Shown here piece by piece: positions 1-11,380 of a stretch of DNA of 64,000 bases. Position 1 is the first letter of the stretch. Every line of letters begins with the position of its first letter. Both the position numbers and the translations under genes were made by a program. Source of the stretch: Heterodontus francisci. Lineage: Eukaryota. The notes beneath the pieces were generated by a model. The model saw nothing but the letters and a program-made list of their open reading frames with translations, had not been told where the DNA came from and ran no database searches. The stretch lies in NCBI RefSeq assembly GCF_036365525.1, contig NC_090382.1:111014372-111078371 (forward strand). The letters run 5' to 3'.

Positions 1-735
1 CAACTCAACGCAAGACCTTCGACAGTACCTTCCAATCCGTGACCTCTTCCACCCAAAAGGACAAGGGCAGCAGACATGTCGGAACACCAACATCTGCAAG
101 TTCTCCTCCAAGCCACACACCATCCCGATTTGGAACTATATCACCGCTCCTTCACTGTCACCGGATCAAAGTCCTGGGACCTCCTCCCCAACAGCACTAT
201 GGGTGTACCCACACCAGGTGGACTTCAACAGTTCAATAACGCAGCTCACCAGCATCTTATCAAGGGCAATTAGGAATGGGCAACCAATGTTGGCCTTGCT
301 AGCGACATCCACATCCCATGAAATGAATAAAAATATTTTAAAAAATAATTACTCCGTCCACCACCGATGCACAGTGGCAGCAGTGTGTACCATCAACAGG
401 ATGCACTGCAGCAACTCGCTAAGCCCCCTTCGACAGCACCTTCCAAACCCTCGACCTCTACCACCTAGAAGGATAAGGGCAGCAGACGCATGGGAACACC
501 ACCACCTGCAAGTTCCTCTCAAAATCACACATCATCTTGACTCGGGTCCGTATCACCATATCTTCACTGTTGTTGGTTCAAAAAACTGGAACTCCCTTAC
601 AGCACTGTGGGTGTACCTGCACCAAATGGATATGAGCAGTTCAAAAAAGCGGCTCACCATAACATTCTCAAGGGTAATTAGGGATGGGCAATAAATGTCA
701 GCCCTACCAGTGACGTTTACATGTCATGAAAATAT
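1..735 (+). mobile_element. Two head-to-tail 3' fragments (about 1-335 and 348-735) of a CR1/L2-superfamily LINE ('HHLQVPLQATHHPDL' family)
   Basis: Both encode the same C-terminus (..SKSWxxLP..FKKxxHxHLxKGN) and 3' tail; other copies at 23380, 46965, 51605 and 61000. Confidence 0.8.
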
Positions 736-762
736 AAAAAAAGCAATATATGTACATATATC

Positions 763-768
<6 letters not shown>

Positions 769-798
<30 letters not shown>

Positions 799-865
799 CT
801 TTTTATATTTTCATGGCATGTAAGCGTCACTGGCAAGGCTAACATTTGTATATATATATAAAAAG

Positions 866-908
<43 letters not shown>

Positions 909-920
909 CACATACACGCC
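769..920. repeat. (AT)n and (AC)n microsatellites
   Basis: (AT)n about 769-797 and 849-860; (AC)n about 868-898. Confidence 0.95.
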
Positions 921-1771
921 TATTTTATATATATATAAACAGCAGAACAATGTTCATGGCGTTCATTGCAATGGACCTAATGAAACTTCAACTAAAGGCT
1001 TTCAATTGGTAGGTACACTGTGCTGAACGCACAAACATGTCATGTTCGATGTAGCTAATTAGTTGCATTTTTTGGACATTTGGATTTTTTACAGACTGGA
1101 AGCTAAAGCTACTTGAAAAGTGAAACACTTGTTTAAAAACAATGATAATTTAACCACTGATTCTTCCATAATCACTTTGTCGCTGAAAGGTGTCGGCACG
1201 TCGGAAGAAAATTGCCAAAATGCTGAGCAGAACACTGTGACATCGGGGAAGGAGATAGGAGAATTGTTCTGGTTGCATCTATAGACAAGCAAATTTCTTG
1301 TTTGGCTTTTTGCTGTTCACGATGCGCTTGAGTACTGAAAAGCTGAAGTTTTCGCCAAGGCACTTCTGATATCGTTACACACAGCGACACGACCAATTCC
1401 TAGCCCAGGTAATTGGGACATCAGTGCATAACTGAATTGAGTAATACAAACAGCAGACCTATGTTGCTGCCGGCGGTGTGGCCAATCATCTTTTACATGA
1501 TGCTATTCATTGCCCCTCTAAATTGCGTCATACAAGTCAGGATATAAGGACAATTAGAAAGGAAGATTCACCTTGTATAGATCCGATTCTGATGCAAAAG
1601 AAATCATATAACGAACATCAGTTTTCGCTTACCTAACAAACATTCTAATGATTTTTTAAATAGTTACACTATTCTAGATGTATCTGAAGATTTTATTTGC
1701 ATAATTCTAAATGCCGTGGCTTGTTTTATTGGAAATAATATTGATACAGTCAATCTTTAAGAAATGTTTGG

Positions 1772-1813
1772 TGCAGTTATTGGTTGAGACTCTTTGTGTC
1801 GCTGTCTACCAAT
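1772..1813 (+). promoter_or_regulatory. cPcdh promoter CSE (CTCF-type site, CGCT box) with flanking ATTGG/CCAAT
   Basis: TGCAGTTATTGGTTGAGACTCTTTGTGTCGCTGTCTACCAAT; CGCT at 1800, 275 bp before the ATG; conserved in the other intact units. Confidence 0.88.
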
Positions 1814-2074
1814 CAGGAGCTGAAACGTTGCAGGAGATCTACCCCCTCCCTCATCAGAGAACCACAGAATACAAGCCGAGAGAGAGAGACAGACTGAGAG
1901 AAGCTGCGTCTGCATTTACCCTGTGCGGCCATGTTTAGAAATAAGATTTGGGTTTAATATTTGCGTTTCTCGGTTTAATATCGGCTAATGAATAATATGT
2001 GAAACAAAAGTTCAGTTAATATAAACGATTGACAGAGATTTTGGTATTTTTACAACAAAACCTAGCCCAGAACA

Positions 2075-4462
2075 ATGGCAAATACACGCAGGGGCGGAAC
2101 GTCTTTTATTTTTCTGCTTTGTGTGTTGGACCTGGTTTCGGGACAAATTCGCTACTCGATTCCCGAGGAACTGGAGCATGGGGCCATTGTTGGGAATATC
2201 GCCGAGGATTTAAAACTAAAGATTTGGGAATTATCAGCTCGCAAGTTTCGGCTGATCTCCGATGACAGGAAGCAAAACGTGGAGGTAGATTTGGAAAAAG
2301 GTAATTTATTTGTGAATGAAAGAATCGACCGAGAACAGATTTGTAAACAGAGCTCTACCTGTTCCCTTTCTTTTGAAATAACGCTCGACAATCCGTTGGA
2401 AATGCATCGCGTTGTAGTGGAAATACTGGATGTAAATGATAATTCACCTAGTTTTGCAAAAGATGAATTTTCACTGGAGATCAGTGAATTAATTGCACCA
2501 GGGGCGCGCTTTCCTGTCGAGAGCGCGCAAGACCCTGACGTGGGAACAAACACAGTCAGCACTTATCAGGTCAGTCCAAATGAGCACTTCGGCATTAAAA
2601 TGCAGACAAGAAACGATGGGAGTAAAAGTGCGGAGTTGTTCTTAGAGAAGTCCTTAGATCATGAACAACAGCCTACCTTTCAGCTGGTACTGACGGCCCT
2701 CGACGCTGGGATTCCTCAGAGATCTGGCACAACTCGAATTATCATTACTGTGCTGGACAGCAACGATAACGCACCTGTATTCGATCATGAAATATACAGG
2801 ACCAGTATAGCAGAAAACGCGCCTTTAGGTACATTAGTGCTAAAAATCAATGCTTATGATTTAGATGAAGGGTCCAACGCTGAACTGTCGTATTATTTCA
2901 CAAGACACGTTTCCCAAAGGATTCGCGAAATGTTCAAATTGGATCCAGTAACGGGAGAGATTTCTGTTCAAAGTGTATTGGATTTCGAAGAATCAAGTGT
3001 TTATGAACTTGATGTGCAAGCAGTGGATAATGCTCCCCCGGGTATGGCTGTGCATGCCAAAGTTATGGTCGGATTAATTGATGTGAATGATAACGCACCC
3101 GAGGTAGAGGTGACGTCCGTGTCCAGTACAATCCCTGAAGATGCCCAGCCTGGAACTGTGATTGCTGTAATCCGAGTCACGGATTTAGATTCGGGACAAA
3201 ACGCTCAAATTCATTGTCAAGTTCCCGTGAATATTCCATTTAAACTTCAAAAGTCTTCGAGGAATAAATATAAATTGATTACAAGTGATATTCTCGATCG
3301 TGAAACAGCCCCACTGTACAACATCTCCATTTCAGCCTGGGACGGAGGATCCCCCGCTCTGTCGACGCGTAAAACCATCTTGGTTTCTATTTCTGATGTA
3401 AATGACAACGCACCGAAGTTCACACAGTCGTTATATAATGTGTATCTGATGGAGAATAACACTCCAGGTGCGTCAATATTTGATGTTACTGCTTTAGATT
3501 CTGATATGGATAAAAATGGCTACGTGGTGTATTCTATTTTGGAGAATCGGATACAAGAGGGCCCTAGATTCGTCACAATTAACTCCGAAAATGGCAATAT
3601 TTACTCACTTCGCTCCTTTGACTATGAACAGCTGAAGTATTTCCAAATCAAAGTTCAAGCCCAGGATACTGGATCTCCCTCACTGAGCAGCACTGCCACC
3701 GTGAATGTTATTATCTTGGACCAAAATGACAATGCGCCGGTTATTGTTTCACCTTCAATGTGGAACAGTTCAGCGTCAATTGAGATTATGCCGCAGTCAG
3801 TATATCCAGAATACTTGGCCACTAAGGTAATCGCTACTGATGCCGATTCTGGACAGAATGCTAGGCTTTCCTACCAACTGTTGGAGGCCTCTGATCCCAG
3901 TCTCTTTACTGTTGGGCTTCTTTCTGGAGAAATCAGAGCAACTCGACATTTTAGGGAGCAAGATATCGTCACAGAGAGACTGGTCCTCTCCATAAAGGAT
4001 AATGGGCAGCCGAGTCTATCCACTACGGTCACCATCTCTTTTACAATTTTGTCCAATGCTACACAGAATTATTCTGGACGAACCTATGAACCCAAACATT
4101 CGGAATATCTTTCGAATTTAAATCGCTATTTAATCATAATTTTAGCATCAACTTCGTGTCTGTTTCTTGCAATCATCATTTTTCTGGTGTTCCTGAAGTT
4201 CAAACAAGAGAGAAATATTGCTGAAGACGGCAGCTCTACAGTTTGCTGTGACAGACGGAGGAATTCTAATAATGTCTTTAATCGGAGACCTGCTGGAAAC
4301 GAGCCTTTAAGTTATCCTGGATCTGGTCAGGTGGAAGGTTTTGGTTATACTGTGTGTTTAACTCCAGAATCATCCAAGAGTGATTTTCTATTTCTAAAGC
4401 CCGGTCATCCTACATTGCCTTTTAGTGAAGTGAATATCCGGAACACCAACGCGATGATTTAA
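2075..4462 (+). CDS. Clustered protocadherin variable exon 1 (795 aa; signal peptide, EC1-EC6, TM, cytoplasmic tail)
   Basis: Uninterrupted ORF. Signal peptide ends VSG/QIRYSIPEE. EC1 has DREQIC-x5-C; repeated DxNDNAP, AxDxD and LDRE/LDFE cadherin motifs; TM YLIIILASTSCLFLAIIIFLVFL; tail motif YTVCLTPESSKSDFLFLKP; own CSE promoter. Subcluster not assignable by eye. Confidence 0.96.
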   Translation: MANTRRGGTSFIFLLCVLDLVSGQIRYSIPEELEHGAIVGNIAEDLKLKIWELSARKFRLISDDRKQNVEVDLEKGNLFVNERIDREQICKQSSTCSLSFEITLDNPLEMHRVVVEILDVNDNSPSFAKDEFSLEISELIAPGARFPVESAQDPDVGTNTVSTYQVSPNEHFGIKMQTRNDGSKSAELFLEKSLDHEQQPTFQLVLTALDAGIPQRSGTTRIIITVLDSNDNAPVFDHEIYRTSIAENAPLGTLVLKINAYDLDEGSNAELSYYFTRHVSQRIREMFKLDPVTGEISVQSVLDFEESSVYELDVQAVDNAPPGMAVHAKVMVGLIDVNDNAPEVEVTSVSSTIPEDAQPGTVIAVIRVTDLDSGQNAQIHCQVPVNIPFKLQKSSRNKYKLITSDILDRETAPLYNISISAWDGGSPALSTRKTILVSISDVNDNAPKFTQSLYNVYLMENNTPGASIFDVTALDSDMDKNGYVVYSILENRIQEGPRFVTINSENGNIYSLRSFDYEQLKYFQIKVQAQDTGSPSLSSTATVNVIILDQNDNAPVIVSPSMWNSSASIEIMPQSVYPEYLATKVIATDADSGQNARLSYQLLEASDPSLFTVGLLSGEIRATRHFREQDIVTERLVLSIKDNGQPSLSTTVTISFTILSNATQNYSGRTYEPKHSEYLSNLNRYLIIILASTSCLFLAIIIFLVFLKFKQERNIAEDGSSTVCCDRRRNSNNVFNRRPAGNEPLSYPGSGQVEGFGYTVCLTPESSKSDFLFLKPGHPTLPFSEVNIRNTNAMI

Positions 4463-5849
4463 TTTAGACAGCAACTTTTATGCTGACAGGTTTGAAGAAG
4501 AATTAATTTTCTTGTGTTCTATCATAGAATAAGTTTTGCATATTTGACTAAATCCTCACATTGCTAGTAGGATGCCTGATAGACGAACCTGACTACTGCT
4601 GTTCTTGCCGTCCTATATGTCCGTGGTACTAAGTATTTTTGACTTTTCTTGACAGCCCTAAGCAGTGCACACTGTATTAAGGCTAATGTAAAATCCAGAT
4701 TGTGCTTGCTTCAATTTCTGTTTTGATAAAGTACGCATTAACGCATCCCTCTGTGATTCCTCTCTCTCCTGCTGTGCTTATGCCTTATCGTATGTGTAGT
4801 AAACTGATTAGTACCAGAAGACATAATTTCAGGGCCTGGGGCGTTTTCACAGATCAATGCAACGTTTCATAGAACGAAAAGCTTTCCATTAGAAGCCACG
4901 CTGAATTAAAATCGTTGCTTTCACCATTGCGTTTAATGAGTATTCTGATATTGTTCAATAACTATACCCTTTTAAAATGATAAATGCCATGCACAAATAA
5001 TATGCAGCAATTCGATCAATTTTGCCCAAGTCAAATGATTTCTCACATTTGCTTCCAATTTTACGCAATACTCCGAGTTGTTGGTGAAGTAATCTATTTT
5101 ATTAAAAAATGGACTTGTAAAATGCTCACAATAAATATCTGCTACTCTGTAGGTAGTGCTGTGATAGATGTGTCATGGGCTCGAACTGCAGTCCTATGTG
5201 AGTATGCTACTACGCGACTGCACAATGCAGCCTCCGTATTCTTACAAATAATTCAATATGCTTTATGAATAATTTTATTGTGCCATTTTCTCAACATTAA
5301 CTAAAATTTCGAATGTTCAAAACACGGAGTTAAATAAAATCAAAATATTACGTAGTTAACAATTACTTGAGAAAATTTTATTAACTGATTTTTAAATATT
5401 CTCAGTAAAGTTTTTACGTGAAGGCAATGCCTCACGGCCTGGGCTTGAATTTGACTTTTGAGCACAGAACTCTGACACTGTGAGGGGAACCTGGATTGTA
5501 TACTCTGACCATGTTCACTGTAATCAACTTCAGATGATACGTCAGGGTCGTTTAATAATTTGTACTGATGCAACATTCGGACAGATTCTGCTGAACGGTT
5601 TTTAATTTATTGAAGACAAAGTACAAAATAAATTTCAAAATCTTTCTCACGTAAAGTTTATTTTGGATAATATCACAGCTACTGCAGTTTTTTTTATTTT
5701 TGACCCAGGTCTGCTATTAAACCCTCGAAGCACCATCAAAAATCCCAGAATGCTTTTTCTTAAAATAGAATTTAGTCAGTTTAAAATACTAACCCTCATG
5801 TTATCTTCTACCTGGAACAACCAACCACTATTATTATAAAACAGTGAAT

Positions 5850-6700
5850 CTTCTGATTCCTCTGTGACTGTGACCGATGTGCATTATCTCTCTTTGTCCT
5901 CCTCGCCCTCATTGCAGCCCTTGATATGGTAGACTGCAATTTCCTACTTCAACGCCTTTCCTCTTTAGTTACTCTCACTGGGACTGCCTTGGCTTGGTTT
6001 CACACTTATCCATCCGATCACAGGCTGGCCATCTCTAATAATGGCTTCTCTTTGGTCGCCCATATTATTCTTTCTGGAGACCTCCAAGGATCCAGGCTTG
6101 GCCCCTCCCCTTCCTCTTCTGCGTGATGCGTATTAGCGACAACATCTTATGGACATGGGGTCAGCTCGTATAAATATGCGTATGGAAATTTTATATGTCT
6201 CTAGCGTCTATTTCGATTCTTCTATTACCTCTGTATTGACCGACTGCTAATCCAATATCCAAGTTTGAGATGAGCTGCAATTTCTTACAGTTAAACATTG
6301 AGAAGACGACAGGTATTGTCTGTAGTCCCCACCATAAATGCTATATCCTTGAAACTGTGTCTATCTCCCTCCTGAGCATTTGAACCAAAGCTCCGCTTCC
6401 AATCACCTATCCTCACCATCACAAGACTGTCTACTTCCACCTCCATACACTATTTGCCTCCAGCCCTATCTTAGCCCATTTGTCGCTGAAACGCTAGTTC
6501 ATGCCTTTATCAATTCCCGACTCTACTATTTCTAAGTTCTTCTGGTCAGCCTTCCGTCTTCCACACTGCATAAATTACAGCTCTCTAAAACTTTGTTGCC
6601 ACAACCCTATCCCACACCAAGTATACCTCATCAATGGTCTTGTCCTCGGTGAACTACAGTAACTTCACTCCCTCAAATATTAAATTCTGATCATTGGTTT
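5850..6700 (+). mobile_element. Old L2-like LINE RT fragment
   Basis: Degenerate AALDMVD..LLQRLSS..GTALAWFHTY..GDLQGSRLGP, resembling L2 RT (DLSAAFDTVDH..GTALxWFxSY..GVPQGSxLGP). Confidence 0.7.
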
Positions 6701-6814
6701 AAAAACCTTCTTGAAGGACAGTAGGCGTTGTAATAAACACAGGAACGTATGAATTGCTAAACGAAAAATCAATAAAGTCCATCTAGTTCGCCTTCTACCA
6801 TCATGGTAGTACAT

Positions 6815-9800
6815 GAAACATTGGGTGGTCACCAGGCAGTCAAAAAGAATCAGACAGGTCGTGCAGGAGACCCCTGAGCGCATCTCACTCTTTAACAGGC
6901 ATTCAATCCTGTATACTGAGGAAAGTGATCATCTTGGGGTTGCAGCCAGAGCCAAGTCTATGGCACCACGGGTGTCTCAGCTGCACGCGGGTACAGGGAA
7001 GACTGGAAGAGCCTGAGTGATTGGTGATTCAATAGTCAGGGGAACACACAGGCGTTTCTGTGGCCGCAGACATGAATCTAGGATGGTACGTTACCCCCGT
7101 GGTGCCAGGGTCAAGGATGTCACTGAGTGGCTGCAGAGTGCCCTAAGTGAGAGGATGAACAGCCAGTAGTCATGGTCCACATCGGAACGAACGAACGACA
7201 TAGGTAGAAAGAGCGACGTGGTCCTGCAGTTTGAATTTAGGGAGCTAGGTAAGAAATTAGCAAGCAGGGCTGCAAAAATGGTAATCTCCGGATTAAAATC
7301 AGTGCTACATGCAAGTGAGTATAGAATAGAAGGATAAGAAAGATGAATGCATGGCTGGAAAGATGGTGCAGGAGGGAGGGCTTTAGATTCCTGGGACATT
7401 GGGACCAGCTCTGGGGGAGATGGGACCCGGACAGGCCGGATGGGTTGCATTTGAACAGAGCTGGGAATGAGTTCCTTGTGGGACGTTTTGCTAGTGCTGT
7501 TGGTGAGGGTTCAAACTAGTTTGGCATGGGGATGGGGTTAGACTCAGTTGGGACAAAATCAGGAATGAAAGTGGATGGCAGAAAATTAATGGATGAGTCT
7601 GGAATACAGAGGAAACAAAGGTTTGAAAATAAATAAAAAAGAGTTTGGCAGTGCTCAATTGTATCTATTTAAATGCAAGGAGTACAGCAAATAAAACAGA
7701 TAAGCTGAGGGTACAGATAGACACGTGGCAGCATGATATCATAGCTATTGCAGAAACATGGCTGAAGGAGGGACAAAATTGGCAGCTCAACGTTCCTGGT
7801 TACAGGGTATTCAGTCACAATAGGGAGGGGGATAAGAAAGAAGGGAGAGTAGCAATTTTGGTCAAAGAAACTATCACAGCTGTGAGGACAGATGATAGGT
7901 TGGAAGGTTTATAAAATGAGGCCATATGGATTGAGTGAAGGAACAAAAAAGGTGCAATCACACTGCTGTGAGTGTACTATTGATCCTCAAACAGTCAGAG
8001 GATGAAAGAAGAGCAGATAGGTAGGCAAATCTCGGAGAAGTGCAAGAACGATAGGGCAGTAATAGTAGGGCATTTTAACTACCTCAATATTAACTGGGAT
8101 TGTATTTGTGTGAAAGGCATTGAGGGAGCAGAATTCTTGAGGTGCATTCTGAAGAACATTCTTGGCCAGTATGTAGCAAGTCCAAAAAGAAGGGGTGCAG
8201 TTTCAGACTTAGTTTTCGGAAATGAAGCTGGATAGGTTGAAGGAGTGGCAATGGGGGAGTATTTTGGTGTTAGTGATAATAATTCTGTCAGTTTTAACAT
8301 AACTATGTAAAAGGACCAAGATAGAGCAAGAGTTAGAGTTCTCAATTGGGGCAAGGCCAATTTTACTAAGCTGAGGAGTGATTTTGCGAAAGTAGACTGG
8401 GATCAGCGACTTGAAGGTGAATCAGTGTCAGAGTAGAGGGAAGCATTCAAAGGGGAGATTCAAGGGGTTCAGAGTAAACATGTTCCCAGAAAGAAACAGG
8501 GTGAGATGGCTAATTCTGGAGCCCCATGGATTTCAAGGACATTACAGGATAAGATAAGGCAGGGAAGGAAAGCTTATGTCCGACACCGAGAAATCAAAAC
8601 TACAGAAAGCCAAGAGGAGTATAGAAAGTGGAGGGGTAAAATCAAAAAGGAAGTTAGGAAAGCAAAGAGAGGGCATGAAATAATATGGGCAAGCAAAATA
8701 AAGGTGAACCCAAAGATGTTTTATCAATACATTAAGTGTAAGAGGATAACTAAGGACAGATTAGGGCCCAAAGAAGACCAAAAAGGTAACCTTTGTGTAG
8801 GGGCGTTGTTGTTGTGCTTAATGAATACTTTGCAACTATCTTCACAAAAGAGTGGATGGTGCAGAAATTGTAGTTAAGGAAGAGGGGTGTGAAGTATTGA
8901 TAAACATAGGGAGAGAGGACGTGTTAATGGGAGTAGCATCCTTGAAAGTGGATAAATCATCAGAGCCTGATGAAAAGTATCCCAGGCTGTTAAAATAAGT
9001 AAGAGAGGAAATAGTGGAAGGGCTGACCATCACTTTCCAGTCCTCAGTGGATACAGGGCTGGTGCCAGACTAGTGGAGAACTGCTAACGTTGTACCTCTG
9101 TTTAAAAAGGGAGTAAAGCGTAGACCGAATAATACAGGCCAGTCAATCTAACCTCAGTAGTGGGCAAATTATCGGAATATATTCTGAGAGACAGGATAAA
9201 CTTTCACTCAGAAAGGCACAGGTTAATCAAGGACAGTGAGCATGGATTTGTTAAGCGGAGATCTTGTTTGATCAACTTGATCGATTTTTTTTGAAGAAGT
9301 AACAAGAAAGACAGATGAGGGTAGTGCAGTTGATGTGGTCTCCATGGATTTTAGCAAGGCATTTGACAAGTTTCCACATGGCAGACTGGTTAAAAATAAA
9401 ATCCCATGGGATCCAGGGCAATGCAGCAAGGTGGATACAAAATTGGCTGAGTGGCAGGAAACAAAGCATAATTGTTGATGGGTGTTATTGCGACTGGAGA
9501 ACTGTTTTTAATGACATTCCACAGGGCTCAGTATTGGGTCCCCTGCTTCTTGTGGTTTATATTAACGATTAGGACGTAAATGTAGAGGGCACGACCAAGA
9601 AGTTTGCAAATTACACAAGGATTAGCTGTGTGGTAGATAGCGAGGAGGATAGCTGTAGGCTGCAGGACGATATTGATGGTCTGGTCAGATGGGCCGAGAA
9701 GTGGCAAATGGATTTCAATCCGTAGAAGTGTGAGGTGATGCATTTGGGGAGGACAAACAAGGCAAAGGCATGCACAATTAATGGGCCAATACTGAGAAGT

Positions 9801-10530
9801 GTAGAGAAAGTAAGGGACCTTGGAGTGAATGTCCACAGATTCCTAAAGGTCGCAGTACACGTCGATAAGCTGGTTAAGGAGGCATATGGAATCCTTCCCT
9901 TTATTAGCTGAGGTAAATAATATAAGAGCAGGGAGGTTATGCTGGAACTATATAACTCATTGTTTAGGCTGCACCTTGAGTATTGTGTGCAGTTCTGGTC
10001 ACTTCATTACAGAAAGAATGGAATTGCACGAGAGAAGGTAGAGAGGAAATTTAAGAGGATTTTGCCAGGACTGGAAAAATGCCGCTCTGAGTAAAGATTG
10101 GATAGGCTAATGTTGTTCTCCTTGGAACAGAAAAGGCTGAGGGGAGATCTGTTTGAAATGCACAAAATTTTGCGGGTCCTGGATAGGGTGCAGGTGAAGG
10201 GCCTATTCACCTTAGCAGAGAGGTCAGTGACTGGGGGAGCGTAGATTTAAAGTGATTGGTAGAATAATTAGAAGGTAGATGAGGAAATAATGTCTCACCC
10301 AGAGGGTGGTGGGGGTCTGGAATTCACTGCCTGAAAGGGTCGTTGAGGCAGGGACCCTCAGCTCATTCAAAAGGAGTCTGGATATGCACCTCAAGTGCCC
10401 TAATCTGCAGGGCTACGGACCAAATGTTAAAAGGTGGAATTAGAATGGGCGGATCGTTTTTCGGCCGGCACAGACACGATGGGCCAGGTGGCCTCTTTCT
10501 GTGTCTTAAACTTTCTATGATTCTTTCTAT
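6815..10530 (+). mobile_element. Near full-length decayed CR1 LINE (ORF1 SGNH esterase, APE endonuclease, RT)
   Basis: VIGDSIVRG...PVVMVHIGTN (ORF1); LNCIYLNARS..DIIAIAETWL (APE); DFSKAFDK, PQGSVLGPLL (RT); many stops and frameshifts; short-repeat 3' tail near 10510-10530. Confidence 0.92.
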
Positions 10531-11214
10531 AATTGTGATGGAGTTATGTTGCGAAATAAAAATAGCAAACATGCATGTGGCTCGCAGAAGCATTTATTTT
10601 TTGTTCAATGTTACTGCACTGAAAACGCAGGAGAAAATCCCCCCTCCCACACCGCTGTTCACAGCATTTTTTTTAAATAAAAGAGGTATCTTGAAAAACC
10701 TGCACATGATATCTCTAACGTGCTTCTACAGTAAGAAAGCATGCAACTTGAGCACGTATGATTGACGACGGACTGTGTTTAGAACTTTGCTTTATGCGTA
10801 AGTGTATAACGGTTAGTAACGAGTGGACAACCCATTTTACCTCAATCCCTATTTTTATTTCTATTGAGGTCAAATAACTATCGACAGAACTGTAAACGGG
10901 CTACCGACTTGCTATCACCAGTTTTACACCATCTCTAAAAAGACAGCATCCACCCCAGTGATTTTCACTTGCGCTATATCCTTGGAAATTCCAATTTTGT
11001 TAGGCCCAACGTCGAAATAGTTATTCGACGGTGAATAGAAGGCTAAATTACATAGCTAAAGCAATAACATTTTGAAACTCACTAAAATGTATCATAGCAC
11101 CGCTGGGCATGCATTTAACCTTTTTACATCCACCTTGGTAGTCCTTCGTTATCACTGGAGGACACAACACTGACAGTGGAACAATCTGCGCTGTAGTTTC
11201 AACCTCGATAGTAT

Positions 11215-11380
11215 CATAGAATTACAGAAAGTTACAAAGAAGGAGGCGATTTCGTCCAACATGTTTGTGCTGGCCGAAAAAAAGGCTATCCAGCCTCATC
11301 CCACTATTAAACTCTTGGGTAATAGCCATGTAGGTTAAAACACTTCCAGTGCATATCCAAGTACTTCGTACATGTGATGC
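11215..11380 (-). mobile_element. CR1 3'-end fragment
   Basis: Reverse complement of a CR1 3' UTR/tail similar to 10370-10525. Confidence 0.6.

Noticed and set aside
2152-2562. Recurrent antisense ORFs opposite each cadherin exon (also 27020-27208, 48694-49080, etc.)
   Set aside because: Shadow frames caused by codon conservation on the sense strand; non-ATG starts, variable lengths and no independent protein signature.
4376-4435. Internal donors AG/AA|GTGATT (KSD codons) and AA|GTGAAT as variable-exon splice sites
   Set aside because: Weak match to consensus, explained by amino-acid conservation; the first would cut through the conserved tail motif and the second is present only in exons 1 and 4.
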